A stretch of 63,539 bases of DNA from Salpingoeca rosetta (GCA_033442325.1 JAWQFM010000011.1:1711578-1775116); one strand, 5' to 3'; positions 34,243 to 53,200 are shown, numbered from the stretch's first letter. The notes: generated from the sequence alone by a model not told the origin. A program made the numbers and translations.

Positions 34243-34746
34243 CACGTGTGTGTGTGTGTTCACGTGTGTGTGTGTTGCATGTTACACGCCGGGCCATTTA
34301 TTTCCCCGTCCCCGAAATGGCTGCGCGGCTGCAAAGCGCGCTGTTGTCAGAGGTCGTTGGACTGCCTGCACGGGTCTTATATCGTTCCCGCATTCTGGTT
34401 TCATTTACTCTTCATCTTCATGATTCAACTTGTACACAGCAATAGAGACCGCGAAATACACAAGCTTTGAAAACGAAGTTTGAACAGTTGTAACGGGCGC
34501 AACAGTCAACCACACCACGCTTCGCGAACGCGTGATGAGGAGCATGGGCACATCCACAGTCCGTCCGATCGTCGCCATCCCTGTGCACCCATCGCGCCTG
34601 TCTGCTGCATCATAATCCCCACAATTGCCAACTCAACCCCACCATCACGACCACCACTGCTATCACGACCACCACTGCCATCACGACTTCCATATCCGCC
34701 ACATCCCACCCTCCAATCACGGTCGTCGTGATGGCGACGACCGGGG

Positions 34747-35147
34747 CTACGAGTCCTTCTTCTTGAGGAGCTCGTCAACGGTGTATTTGCCGGCACCAAT
34801 GGCGCACAGCAGCAGCAGGCCGCCAGCAACGCTGACATTCACCGCAAAGTGCTCGCGTGCGTGAATGCGGTACCCGACAGAGAGGGTTGAGCGCCACCAC
34901 GCCCACGCCGTGAGCGCTTCGAGGAGGAGAACACAGGCGAGGGCGCGGGCAGCCGCCGACGTGAACAGCCCGAGCATGAAGGGGATGCTGCCATTTCGCG
35001 GTGGAGCATGTGGTGTATTGGGTGGTGTGTTGGGTGGTGAATTGGGTGGTGAATTGGGTGGTGAATTGGGAATGTACTCACATGCGGGCAGGCGGAGTCC
35101 GCTTGGCCGCTGGCCCCAAACAACAAACCACACACAGACAGACATGT

Positions 35148-35207
<60 letters not shown>

Positions 35208-35294
35208 GCACGCACACACACACACACAGACGCACGCACACACACACACACACACACACAGACGCACGCACACACACACACACACACACAGACG

Positions 35295-35347
<53 letters not shown>

Positions 35348-35348
35348 G

Positions 35349-35387
<39 letters not shown>

Positions 35388-35388
35388 G

Positions 35389-35435
<47 letters not shown>

Positions 35436-36944
35436 ACACAGACAGACACGCGCACACACAGAGACACAGACCCCGACTGACCTGAGCGCGAATTCGAGGA
35501 GCTTGTACCACATTGCATCATGGCCATCGCCGACGGGGCGGCGGCGGTACACGTGGCCGTTGCGCTCAATCGTGTTCTCCATTTGCCGCTGAATCTCCTT
35601 CACGCCAACCCACACAAATAGCGTGGACAGCAGGAGCCGGCCAGCCTGGCGACGTGCAGCCGCAAAGATTGAGGAAGGGGGTGGGGTGGGTTAGGGAAAC
35701 AGCGATTGCTTGTGAGGCAGCACACGCAACGACACGCGTATTAATGCACACAAACTCAAGGCTGTACAAACACAGACACGTGTACAGACACACACACACA
35801 TACACACACACTTGTGCAGACACAGACACAGACACAGACACAGACACACACACACACTTGTACAGATACACACTTGCACATACACACGCACGCACGTACA
35901 CACACACACTTGTACACACTTGCACATACACACGCACGCACACACACGCAGACACACTTGTTCAAACACACACACACACACACCAGCATAAAGGCGCTCT
36001 TGCGGTTTGTCATGGCGGGCTGGTCGAGGAAGAGGGCGGAGGCGAGGGCCTGCTGTGCGGAGACGCGGTGTTTCGGGTTGTATTCCCGCAGGATAACCAA
36101 GCTCATGGCGCCAATGCTGCCGTGACCAAAAGCACGCACGCACGCACGCACACAGTGAGGTTAGACACGGCGCGCAACCGAACGAACGCAATGAAACAAC
36201 CAAGGGAGAAACAACAGCACCACAAGCACGATTGGCGTTGTTGGGACGCGGGTGTGCGGGGTACACACGCAGACAGTCAACAGTCACGTACATTGCCAGT
36301 TTCTTGACCATGAGCTCGTTGACGTAGATTGACCCGTGATTGAACCACACCTGCGGAAAGGTGATCAAAGAGATGTTGCAGGTCAGTGGTCAGCATGCGG
36401 GCCACTCAGCGAGGTTGCGATCGAGCGCAGGAGACAAACAGAGACCGATTTGGCGCGCGGGAGGGGTGGTGGTGGTGAGCAGAAGTCAGCGCAAAGTACT
36501 TCAACCACAGCACAAGGACACCGAGGCAGCGGGGCGTGACTGACCCAAAGGACTTGTGACATGACGTCGAAGAAGGTGAAGAAGGACGAGATGAGGAGGA
36601 CTGTTGCTGCCATGGCGGGCTTGACATTTGCACACACAAGGGTGGCAGCAGGCAGCACAAAGATGACGAGGAGCCAGGGAAACGTGCGCCCGTAAAAATA
36701 CCACAGCTCCAGCTGGGTTAGCGCCCAGTTGACATGAAACGCGCACACAAGCTAAAGGAATCCGGAGGTGGGGGGGTGCAAGCGAAGCGGAGGGCGTTGG
36801 GAAGACGAGCGTGAGTGGGCAGCAAGCAAGCAAAGGCCAGCGCGAGTGAGTCGCGCACATTTGAGCACAGACGGACGGACGGACAGACAGGCGGACGGAC
36901 GGACAGACAGACAGGCGGACGGACGGACAGACACACACACACAC

Positions 36945-36987
<43 letters not shown>

Positions 36988-37333
36988 CACAGACAGACAG
37001 ACAGACACACAGACACAGACAGACAGACACACACGCACACACAGACACACACACACACAAACAAACAGACACAGACACACACACAGACAGACACACACAC
37101 ACACCTACCCATCTGGCGGCGATGGTGACGTAAGCGTTGATGCGACGCGTTGTGGGCTTGCTTAAGAAGCCATCCATAGCGGCACGTACTCTTTGCAATT
37201 TGCCACTGATCTCACTAACAACCGCACCCACCCCTGCAGCAGCTGCATCGTTGTTGTTCATCACAGACGATGATGCCGTTGCCTCACCGCCGCGGCCGCC
37301 GCTGCCACCACCACCCACAACAACGTCCGCCAT
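34747..37333 (-). CDS. SURF4: SURF4/Erv29-like (DoxX superfamily) multi-TM ER cargo receptor
   Basis: Hydrophobic exons; last exon [35 protein letters not shown] has a SURF4-like C-terminus and a KKxx ER-retrieval signal. Confidence 0.65.
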
Positions 37334-37875
37334 CCTGCGTGTGTTGGTAAATTGCGATTGGGTTGAATATGCCACCCGAGACATAAGCGACTTTACCACC
37401 TCACGGCATTCTCGCACATTCTGGCCGCCGAAAGAGGAAAGTGGGTGCCGCCCCCTCTTGTTTGTGAAGAGAATTCACTAAAGATACACACAACTTTCCG
37501 CGCGAGCACCACAGAAGCGAGGAGAAGAAGCGAAGTGTGTGCTTGCGCGGCTAGGCACACATCACACAGTAAAACAAGCAGCAGGGGACAACACACCTCT
37601 TCTTTGTTGTTTTGTTTTGTTTGCTTCGTGTTGTGTTGCTGCAACATCAGTGCACTGCTGCTGCTGCTGCTTGCTACGGCAAACAAAACAGCGCCACATC
37701 CGACTGCGTCACCGCCACAACAACAACAACAAGCCTTGTTTGTTTTGTTGTTCTTGACAGCGTGGCACTTCGCGCATTCGCCATTCATCTCTCGTCGTTC
37801 CCGCACACCTTACGACTTTGCCAACTTTTGCTAGCCACCCTCCCCCCTCTGCCAAACACACACACAACCTTCACT

Positions 37876-38377
37876 ATGTCTGACAAGAGCTACAAGTGGC
37901 AGGTCAAGCCTGGTGGCACCATCCCCGCCGATGCGCTTGACGTGAAGCACGCCACCTCCCAGACCGGTTCCACCTCCCAGCGTCAGTCCCTTCAGATCAA
38001 CAAGGGTGGCGAGGGCGCGCCCAAGCTCGACTCGCAGTCCCAGGGCATTGCCCACGCCGTCGGTGCCCCCAAGCCTCCTCAGTACGTTAACGCCGTCGCC
38101 AAGGACCAGGTGAGCTTTGCTGTCATCATGCTTGTGCTTGTGTTGTGTGTGGTGTGTGTGTGGTTTGTGCTTGTGTTGTGTGTTGTGTGTGCGTGCACGA
38201 GCATCATTGCGTGGCATGACCTCCTTTTGTAGCTGGCCTCGCATTCATTTCGCATTCATTTGATCAACGCCGCCATAACTCACCACTTGCTTCCTTCACT
38301 TGCTTGCTTCCCGCCAACTTTTTTCCTGTCCTCCCCATAAATGCCAGGCTGTGCGTCACAACGCTTCTGGCTACTAA
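37876..38377 (+). CDS. Small unknown protein, 87 aa, two exons
   Basis: Exons 37876-38109 and 38348-38377 (GTGAG...CAG): MSDKSYKWQVKPGGTIPADALDVKH...YVNAVAKDQ|AVRHNASGY*; codon bias resembling enolase (C-ending codons, AAG, CAG). Confidence 0.7.
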
Positions 38378-39304
38378 AGTGCCAACCGCTGCTGTCGCCC
38401 ATTTCTCTCGTGGATAGAACCTCGCTCTTTGGATGTACCAGCTGCTGGTGTTCCCTCCACTTCTGCTGGTTTCGTCGCCGTCAGCTTCCCCCTCCCCTCT
38501 TTTTTTTTTACCTCTTCTACCCTCGTTCACCTTTTGCTCGACAAACATGAAGAAGCTGTTCTCATGAGATAACCACAACACCCCCCTTCCATCCCCCCCC
38601 CCACAAAGGCACGCTCTGTCTTGCACCAAGGCGACGCGCTGCCCCTATTTCTGCCCTCTCTTTTCTCTCTTGCTCGTATGTGTACACTTTTATCTTTCTC
38701 TTTTCCCCCTTGTTCACTGTCTTATTTCTCCCCTCGTTCTCGTGGTGTGCTTGCGCCCCCAAAGAATGAACATGGCTCGTGCTTGAATACGCTGCACAAA
38801 GACATGAATCTCAAAGGGAAGGGAGAAAGAGAAAGAAAACCGAGCGTGTGTGAGAGAGAAGAGGAAGAAGGCCGACGATGGCGAAGGAGACAAAGGAAGA
38901 ACAACTCGCAGCAAAACCACACACACACCCGGAGAGAAAATTGATGGGCGACTTGCGTGAATTTTCGCCATCAATTAAGCCGAAAAGCACGACGAAAAGA
39001 AAGCAAGCAAGCAAGCAAGCAAGAAGAACGAGAATCAGCAGACGAGCCACCCTGCTTCGACTTTTGATATCGGGTTGTGTGTACACCTTTCCCCAACAAG
39101 CAACGCAAGCGACGAACGAGGCAACAGGCGCGAGGAGAAGCTAGCAACTGCGTCTTCTTCAGGGCTCCTCCTGTTGCTTTTTCCTGTGGTGGATCCAGCA
39201 AACAGGCAAGCAAGCAAGCAAGCAAGTGCACAGCTTCTTCGTCGGACTGCTGACTCATTCATTCCTTCTGCTGCCAACAACACATACAGCAGCATATCGG
39301 AACC

Positions 39305-41808
<2,504 letters not shown>

Positions 41809-42040
41809 TGGCAGCAGGTGGCAGTGGTGGTGGCAGTCGTTGACAATGGTGGTGGCAGTCGGTGCTGTTTGAAGCGATGGTGGGTTCCCGGAAGCAGTGG
41901 CTGCTGTAGCAGATTGCGTTGCGTTGCTGTCTTTTGTATGTGCAACTTGCATGTGCACTGGATGTTTGGGTCTGTGTTGTTGTCGTTGGCAGCCCTGTGT
42001 GGTGTCATCTACACACACATACACACACACACGTGCACGC

Positions 42041-42075
<35 letters not shown>

Positions 42076-42440
42076 CTCTCTCTCTCGTGCCTCTTGTTTT
42101 TGTTTTGTTGCTGTTGTTATGTCAGTCTGCCGCGTGTTGGTTACGTTGCACTCGTGCTGCCCTTTCCCTGCTTGGTGGTTGTACGTTGTAGGCCTTGTTT
42201 TTGTTTTTTTCGTTCAGGTGTGCGTGCTGCGGTGTGGTGTGTTTTCAGTGGAGTGAGTGTTCATGTTGGTTTGGGCGCTTATGCTGATGCCAAAGGCGAT
42301 GAAAGGCGATGAAAGGACTCTGCTCGGTGTTGTTCTATGCTGGTTACATCTCCGTTGGTGATTTGGGGGGGGGGGGAGGGAAGGGTTACAAGCAGACGGA
42401 CGACGCAGATGCATGCACAAACAAGGCTGACATCACACAC

Positions 42441-42486
<46 letters not shown>

Positions 42487-42726
42487 TGTGTACAAGCGAG
42501 AATGAATGTACAGCAGAGAGCTGCCGATTGGGGACAGGGCGGGGAGGATAACAACGACAACGGTAACAGAGCAGCATGTGGGTGTGTGCGCGATAGCGCT
42601 GAGTCGCCACGCTCACCCATCAATTAACGGGCAGGAAGAAGCATGACAAGAACAGGTCAACTGCACGTGGGTAACACAAGCGCTGGCCACGGTCATGTCG
42701 TGTCGCAGCCACATCTCGATATAGGG

Positions 42727-43120
42727 TCACTTTTTGCTCTTCTTCTTCTTCTTTGTGCCGGAGATGGAGGATTTCTTCTTCTTCTTCGTGCTGCCTTTCT
42801 TCTTGAGCTTCTTCTTCTTTGTTCCATCCCCTGCTTCTGTGGTGGCGCCAGAGCCTTCTGCACCCTCCTACAGAATAGAGATGAGTGTAAGCGATGAGAT
42901 GCGGTGTGGTGAGGAAGCGCAGGCTTGGTAAAGTGACACATGAGGCACACCCAGAGGGGGAGAGGGAGGCAGGTCATACAAGTACACAAATACACAAACA
43001 CAGGCAAACATGCAGTCATACAAACACACACACAGACACCCAGACAGACACACCCAGACAGACGCACACACTCACACACTCTCACTCTCACTCACACACA
43101 CGCACACACTCTCACTCTCA

Positions 43121-43163
<43 letters not shown>

Positions 43164-43697
43164 TCACACATTCTCACAGCACACACGCACACACTCACAC
43201 CTTTGTAGTTCCATCCTCTGGTAGAGGTGCCAAGGCGTCCTGAATGTCTGATCCTGCTGCAGTGGAGGCGAGGGACGCCGATAGCGACGCAAACAAGACG
43301 GCAGTGTCCTTGGCCTGCACACACAGTGCGCACTCGCTGCCTTCCTTCACTGGCGTGTACAGTGCGCCGCAGTTGGTGCACACCTTGGGGATGATCGGCT
43401 CTGCATGGCACGACGGAGCAAAGGGGAGACAGGCCAACGTGAGGACGCAGGTCAAACGGGGACACAGGCAAGGCACACAAATGCACCACAGCATTCACTC
43501 TACTCGCATCACACTCGACAGCAACCCATCACAACCACACAGCAACAACCACAGCAACAACAACCACAGCAACCACAACCACACATCATGTAACCATCAT
43601 GCAACCATCGTGCACACTCACCTGATGGTCCACTGGCAGCCTTCTTCTTCGACGCTGCCCCCTTTTTCTTCTTCTTTGTCACTTTCTTCTTTGCCAT
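42727..43697 (-). CDS. Small (~138 aa) Lys-rich protein with a central CxxC-x13-CxxC putative zinc ribbon
   Basis: Exons 43697-43622, 43400-43201 and 42867-42727 join in frame via GT-AG: MAKKKVTKKKKKG...CTNCGALYTPVKEGSECALC...TKKKKKSKK*. Confidence 0.7.
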
Positions 43698-44535
43698 TCT
43701 TTCACGTTGGGTGCGCGTGTATCTCCTTCAGCTACACCTTCTCCTTCTCTCCCTCACGCACTGTTCGACGCGTCAATGCTCGGCTGAAGGTTGGCGCACG
43801 CCCTCACGTCTGCTCCTCGTTCGTCGTCGTTGTTGTGCACCGCCACCAACTTTGTTTGTTTGGCTCTGCTGTTGTCCTGTCAGCACTTTTTCGCTGAGTG
43901 TCAGCAAAAAAATTCACACGACATTTTTTCTTTGCTGTAAAATTTGTCCCGAGCGGAGGAGGAGGCACATCGCACACCACCCATCTCAACCACCACCACC
44001 GCCCACGACACCACCCCCCTGACTCTTGTTGGGCTCGGAACGCTGCTGCTGCTGCTGCTGTTGTCGTCGCTGCTGCTGTAGCTGTTTCTTGTTGGTGAGC
44101 AAGCGAACGAGCGAGCGTTCTTGGGCTACGTTGCCTTCTTGACACGCTGCTGATACACAAACGTAAGTGGATATGCGTACATGTGTGTGTGTGTGTGAGG
44201 ATGTGTGAGTGAGGGTGTGTCCGCCTCCTGTTGCGTATGTTTGGATGTGTGTGTGTGTGTGTGTGTGCGTGTGCGTGTGTGTGTGCGTGACTGCGCTCCC
44301 TTGCAGCACAACACCTTGCTTGCTTGCTTAGTTTATTATGTGGTGCATAAATACATTCATTCTTCTTTCATACGTACATACGTACATACATACACATATA
44401 TACACACGTGCATACATACACACACACACAAACACATACTCACGTACATCCATACATACACACAATTGCACACACACACACACACGCACAATACACACAC
44501 ACACACACAATACACAACGCTGTTGCTGCGTGCAG

Positions 44536-45528
44536 ATGTCCAAGCCAGCCAGCGATGCTCCGCGTCTCAATACGGGGAAGCGTGGCAAGCGCTCGCGTGG
44601 CTTCCTGAAGCTCTGCGTGTACTTTGACACAGCATCCAGCTTCCTCGTGGCCGACGTCAAGGAGGCAAGAGCACTGCCAAAGCCTGCCCTGGCCTACGTC
44701 AAGTGCTACATCATGCCGGAGAAGAAGGTCACAAAGCAGAAGACTATCGTCGTCAAAGAGAAAACCACCAGCCCAGAGTTTGAGGAAGTGCTGCGCTGGC
44801 CCATCAACGATCCAAGAGTGCGCGTGCGCGTGTGTGTATGCATGTGTGTCTGTGTCTGTGTGTTTGTGTGTCTGTGTTTGGTTGTGTCTGTGTCTGTGTG
44901 CTTGTGTGTGTGTGTGTGTTTGGTTGTGTCTGTGTCTGTGTGCTTGTGTGTGTGTGTGTGTTTGGTTGTGTCTGTGTCTGTGTGCTTGTGTGTGTGTGTG
45001 TTTGGTTGTGTGTGGTGTGTGTGTGTGTGGGGGGGGGGCGGGGTTTGCAGTCCTCTGTGCTCACATATTCGGGCACACACACACACGCGCGCGCGCACAC
45101 ATGTATCTATTCAGGAATACCGCGAGCGGCTGCTGGAAGTTGACGTGTGGGACAAAGCTGCAAGGTCGGGCTTCATTGGCCGATTCTCCATCAAGGTATT
45201 GTCACCAACACCGCACCACTCCTGCCGTCGAGCTGACGTGGGCGAGCTTGCGAGAGTATACACGCACACACACAAACACACACAAACACACGCACACACA
45301 CACACACACACAAACACAAACACAAACACACACACTCTCTCACTAACTGGCACGCGGTGTGCTGTTCAGATTGCGGACGTGCTGCCGCCGACCGACAAGC
45401 TCGAAGGGTGGTTTGAGCTGCTTGACTCGGACAAAGGGTCGTCGCAGTACCACCTGGTTGAGCCAGACACATCCCGCGACGACCTCGTCACCGCCCTCTA
45501 CGACAACATCCCCCGTACGTGCCATCCA

Positions 45529-45577
<49 letters not shown>

Positions 45578-45634
45578 GTGTGTGCGTGTGTGTGTTCTAA
45601 TTTCCGCTGCGTCCGCTGCATCCTGCTTCTTCCT

Positions 45635-45727
<93 letters not shown>

Positions 45728-46760
45728 GGCGGGCCTGGGGAGCTGTTTATGCGCAAGGGCGACATGCTGTACCAGCACGAGACAGAGGGCGCGTGGTGCC
45801 GCGTGGAGAACGCCATCACAGGCGACGAAGGTTACGTCCCGGCCTCATTTGTTGTCAAGGCAAACAGCCTTGAGTCGGAGCCGTGGTTCTTTGGGCCCAT
45901 CACCCGCGCAAAGGTGCACACGTGGTGGCGGTGGCGGTGGTGGAGAAGGTGGTCGTTCGTCCTCGTCGTCGTGTGGTGGTTGCCGCGAGCGTCGTCTTGT
46001 TCGAGGGCGTCGTGTTTGTGGTCAAAGTACATGTTTTGCGCTTCTGCTTGCTCCGTGCATGCATGTTCAATGACGCCCTCACAACATTTGCCACTGAATA
46101 TGCCACCATGTTGCGTGTGTGTGTGTGTGCGCGCGCGCTGCCTGCACTTTCCGGGTGTGCAGGCCGAGAAACTGCTCGGGTCGCCGCTGCGCAAACACGG
46201 CACCTACCTTATCCGCGAGAGCGAGGTGCGGTGTTGGCAGCCGTGCTGATGACGATGATCACATTGTTGCTCATGACAACTTTTGTAGTGTTGATGTGAC
46301 GGCGAAGCGCGCTGTCTGTGTACATGCCCTTGCACGCGTCAGCGCACCAAAGCAAAAAGGGGGCCAGTTGACCCTACCTCTGTGCACCACACCCCCCCCC
46401 CCCCCTCCAGCACCACCCACTTCCCATTCCCACTTCCCATTCGCACTTCTCATTCATCGCTGCCCACCACCAACCTGATGTTTCGACCCCTGTGCAGAGT
46501 GCGCCGGGCACATATTCGCTGTCGATGAAGGACGGCGATGCTGTGCGCCATTTCCGCATCAAAGTCGTTGATGGCAAGAAACTCCGGATCCAGGGGGTCA
46601 GTTCGCACACACCACACTCTAACACAGAGTGATGGGCGCACTCACCACACTCTAACACACAGTGATGGGCGCACTCACACCTCCACACACGCCCAAACAC
46701 ACACCTCCAAACACACACACACACCTCCAAACACACACACACCTCCAAACACACACACCT

Positions 46761-46846
<86 letters not shown>

Positions 46847-47575
46847 TTATACGCTGGATTGTGTGAGTGGTTTACCCGCCGCGACAGCTCCAATGTACTC
46901 ACCACATCCACACCCCACACCCCCAAACATCATCATCATCATCGTGGTTCATCATGCCGGCAACCAGTCGCCGTCGGCGCCGCACGATGACCTGCGGTCG
47001 CTGGTGAAGTTCCACCAGAAGTCGCGCTGTGGGCTCTCCACGCGCCTCAAGACACCCTGCCCACGCGAACAGCCCGCACGGTAGGGCTTGCTGCTTCTCA
47101 TGGTGGCGGTGGTGGAGTGTGCGCGTTGTATTTTTGCTGCTATCCCTGACTGGCATGCATTCAAACACACATCCATGTTCACTCACTTGCACACACACAC
47201 ACACACTCACTCACTCACTCACTCACTCACTCACTCACTCACACATACACACACATACACACTCACACACATACACACTCACTCACTCACTCACTCACTC
47301 ACTCACTCATACACACACACACACACATACAACACTCGCGACCACAGTGCTGCTGATCTTGCGTACAACGTGAAGGACGAGTGGGAGGTTGACCGGGACA
47401 CGGTTGACCTGAAGAAGCAGCTGGGCGAGGGCCAGTACGGCGAGGTGTATTATGCAATCTGGAATGGCGTGACAGAGTGCGCCGTCAAGACACTCAAGAC
47501 ACACACGACCTCCCCCGACGAATTCCTCAAAGAGGCCCAGCTCATGAAGGTGTTGTTGTTGGTGTGTGTGTGTGT

Positions 47576-47619
<44 letters not shown>

Positions 47620-47664
47620 TATGGTTGTTGTTGGTGTGTGTTTTATGTGTGTGTGTGTGTTTTT

Positions 47665-47695
<31 letters not shown>

Positions 47696-49101
47696 TCCCT
47701 TTCTTGTGGCGTCTGCTTGCATGTGCGTGTTGAACTTGCTCAATGAGCTGTTGTGCTTCCACTGGTCCTTAACTCGCTCACATCTTCCTCACCGCCCCCC
47801 CCCCTTTGTCCACAAACAGAAACTGAAGCACGACAACCTTGTGCGGCTGTATGCGGTGTGCTCGATTGGCGAGCCCATCTTCATCATCACCGAATTTATG
47901 AAGAACGGCGCCCTGCTCGAGTACCTCAAGACGCCCGCGGGCGAAGCCCTCCGCCTCCCCACCCTTATCGACATGGGCACAGATATCGCTCAGGGCATGG
48001 TGCGTGCGTGCGTGTGTGTGTGTGTGTGTGTTTGTGTGCTTTATGCATCTGCTCTGACACGTGCTCACCACTGTCTCCTCGCAATCCACACCCTTCCACA
48101 CCTCCTCACCACCACCACCGCCGCCACCACCACCAGGCGTACCTGGAGCGCAACAACTACATCCACCGCGATCTTGCAGCCCGCAACATTCTCGTCGGTG
48201 ACAACAACGTGTGCAAGGTTGCCGACTTTGGCCTTGCGCGTGTGCTTGAGGATGGCGAGTTCCGCCCCGAGAATCTGGAGAAATTCCCTGTGCGCTGGAC
48301 TGCACCAGAGGCAATGAAGCACAACAGGTTGGTGCGCCTGTGTGTTCCTGGTGTGTGCCTGGTGTGTGCATGCGTGTTGTCGACAATTGTCATGTTGTCG
48401 ACGCTTGTCACACTCCACACAACCACCTGCGTTGTTTTCGCATTCCTCATCGCCCATCCCCCCTCCCCTCTCCACCACTTTCCGTTGGCTGCAGGTACTC
48501 GACCAAGTCTGATGTGTGGAGTTTTGGCATTTTGCTGAGCGAGATTATCACATACGGCCGCAAGCCGTACCACGGCATGTCGAACAAGGAGGTGGTTGGC
48601 AAGCTCGACTCTGGGTTCCGCATGGAGTGCCCGCCGGGCTGCCCAGACTCGCTCTACAAGATCATGCTCGACTGCTGGAAGTCGGTCAGTGACACACGCA
48701 AAGTGGTTGCAATCGATGATAGTGGTGGTTTTTTTTTTTTTTTTTGGGGGGGGGGGAGGAGTGGGTGCTCATGTCATTGGCGTTTCTGTGTTTGTTTGGA
48801 TCGTCACGCGTTGGCGTTACCATCCACCCTTTGGCTCATCACTCATCACTGCTGCCTTGTGTTTGTCTTCCTCACCACCGCCGCCACCACCACCACCACC
48901 ACAACGACGACGATCATCACGACCGCCCATCATCATTGCCATCATCGCCACCACTGCCATCAGGAGCCTGCCGACCGCCCGACGTTTGAGGCGCTGGTGT
49001 TCCGGCTGGAGGACTTCTTCCACGGCGACATGCAGTACGCAGAGGCGTCGCAGGTGCTCGGGGATGACGACGACGACGACGACAGTGGCGACAAGAAGTG
49101 A
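44536..49101 (+). CDS. Src-family tyrosine kinase with an N-terminal C2 domain (C2-SH3-SH2-kinase; choanoflagellate Src4-like)
   Basis: C2: [18 protein letters not shown]; SH3: ALYD..GEL..KGD..WCRV..EGYVP; SH2: [12 protein letters not shown]; kinase [42 protein letters not shown]; tail Tyr in MQYAE. Confidence 0.93.
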
Positions 49102-49427
49102 CACCGTCCCCGTCCGCATACCGCTTGTGATGTTGCGGTTGAAGTGCTGCTGAAGTGTTGTTGTCGTTGTTGTTGTTGTTGTTGTGGTTGTTGTTGGCGT
49201 GGGCGTGTGCAGGCGTTGCTCTCGGCCGCCTCAACTGTGTCTGTTTCGCGTTGGTCTTGCTCTCTTGCCCCCTACCCCCACTCCTCCTTGATCCCCTTGC
49301 TCCCCTTGCTCCCCTTTCGCTTCCTTCGTGTTCCCTCCTTTCATCTTCTCTCACTCGAACCTCTCTAGCTTTGGGATGTGTTTGGTGCACTTTGGCTCTT
49401 CCAGTCTCGCTCCTTACTCCTTCTTGC

Positions 49428-49459
<32 letters not shown>

Positions 49460-50154
49460 GTGTGTGTGTGTGTGTTTGTTTGTTTGTTTCACGTGTTTCG
49501 CGGTTGCTGCATTGTTTGGGCGGCTGTGTGCACTCCCTCTTTCTCTTGTGTCCTGCTCGTTATCACTGCTCATCCCTTTCGCTCCCCTCGCCTGTTCCCC
49601 TGCTTGCTGTGCCCCTTGCATGTTGTTTGTTTTTTGCGCGTGAAGACACGCAAATAAAACGCAATCAACCACGCCACCAGCACACACACACACACACACC
49701 CACACACAGACACACACCCACACACAGACACACACACACACACAGACAGACACACACACACACACACAGACACACACACATTCTTTCTCTCTCTCGTTGC
49801 CACTGTGTCGGCTTGACACGAGCAATTCATGAAGAGTCGAGCAGATGCGGCCATCATGCTGTTTACTTGCCATGCGCAGCGTTCGTTCTCGCACACACGC
49901 CAGTGGTGACAGCAGACAGGAGGTGGAATGATTAACGCGATCCAAGGCGTGATGTGATGTGTGACAGGACGCAAAACACAACAAACCGTGAAAACAAAAC
50001 GAGACAAAACAAAGCAAAGGCCAGGTATGAGGGAGAGGAAGAAGCGCGGGCGCAGGGGCGCTGGTTGTGGCCAGCGACACCCATCGTCGCGACCAAACAG
50101 CAGCGCGTGCGGTGTGATCATGCCGCATCATGTCCATGTTGCATCACGTTCGCA

Positions 50155-52395
<2,241 letters not shown>

Positions 52396-53090
52396 GATGA
52401 TGGAAGACAAGCGGCGGTGAAGTTGGCGGAGAATCGTGATGATCTGTTTCTGGTGGTGGGTGTTGAGGCAAGTGGCGGCGCACTGGACGACGGAAATGCA
52501 CACGCATTGAAGAAGACGAAGCAAGACGCAAGAAAGGCAAGGCAACCAAGGAAACGCACGTCAGCAAGAAAAGGAAAACGAAGCAAGCACAATGTGTGGA
52601 CTGCATTATGTGGTGTCATATCGCAGTTTCGACCGTTTGCGAGTGGCGGGAAAATTTGGGGAACGGATCGAAAAATCAAAAACCATCCATCCATCCATCC
52701 AAACATCCACCAAGCACAAACCAACACACACGGAGCAGGCGGATACCACACGACGGAGCAGACCAACAGCGGCACACGCGTGTTTTGATACGTTTGTGCG
52801 GGCAGTGGTGGCAGCGATTTCTTCCCGCCACTTTGACTTGACCCCAATATGGCAAGCAAGGTATGAGGGAATGCGTTTGTTTGCTTGCTTGCTTGCTTGT
52901 GAGTGGGTTTGAGAGGGAGAGAGAAGGAGCATGAGTGGGCGCGATGTTGCCGTGTGCTCGTGTCGTGGGTGTGTTGTGGTATGGGGTGGCTGAGCTGTGT
53001 TGTGGGGTGCTTGTTGGCGTCTTTTCTGTTCCTTCGCTGCTTAGCTCGCTGTATGTGTGTGTGTGCGTGCGTATGGTCTTCGTGGGGTTT

Positions 53091-53200
53091 GGGCGTACCT
53101 GTATTCCGTTGGTTGGCTTGTCTTCTGTTGGGCGTACCTGTATTCCGTTGGTTGGCTTGTCTTCTGTTGGGCGTACTTGTCTTCTGTTGGTTGGTTGGAA
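53091..53200. repeat. 39-bp tandem repeat (~2.5 copies) between the divergent ENO and TOP2 genes
   Basis: GGGCGTACCTGTATTCCGTTGGTTGGCTTGTCTTCTGTT at 53091 and 53130, with a degenerate copy at 53169. Confidence 0.85.

Noticed and set aside
53091-53200. 39-bp repeats as a mini-CRISPR
   Set aside because: The copies are directly adjacent with no spacers, the context is eukaryotic and no cas genes are present.
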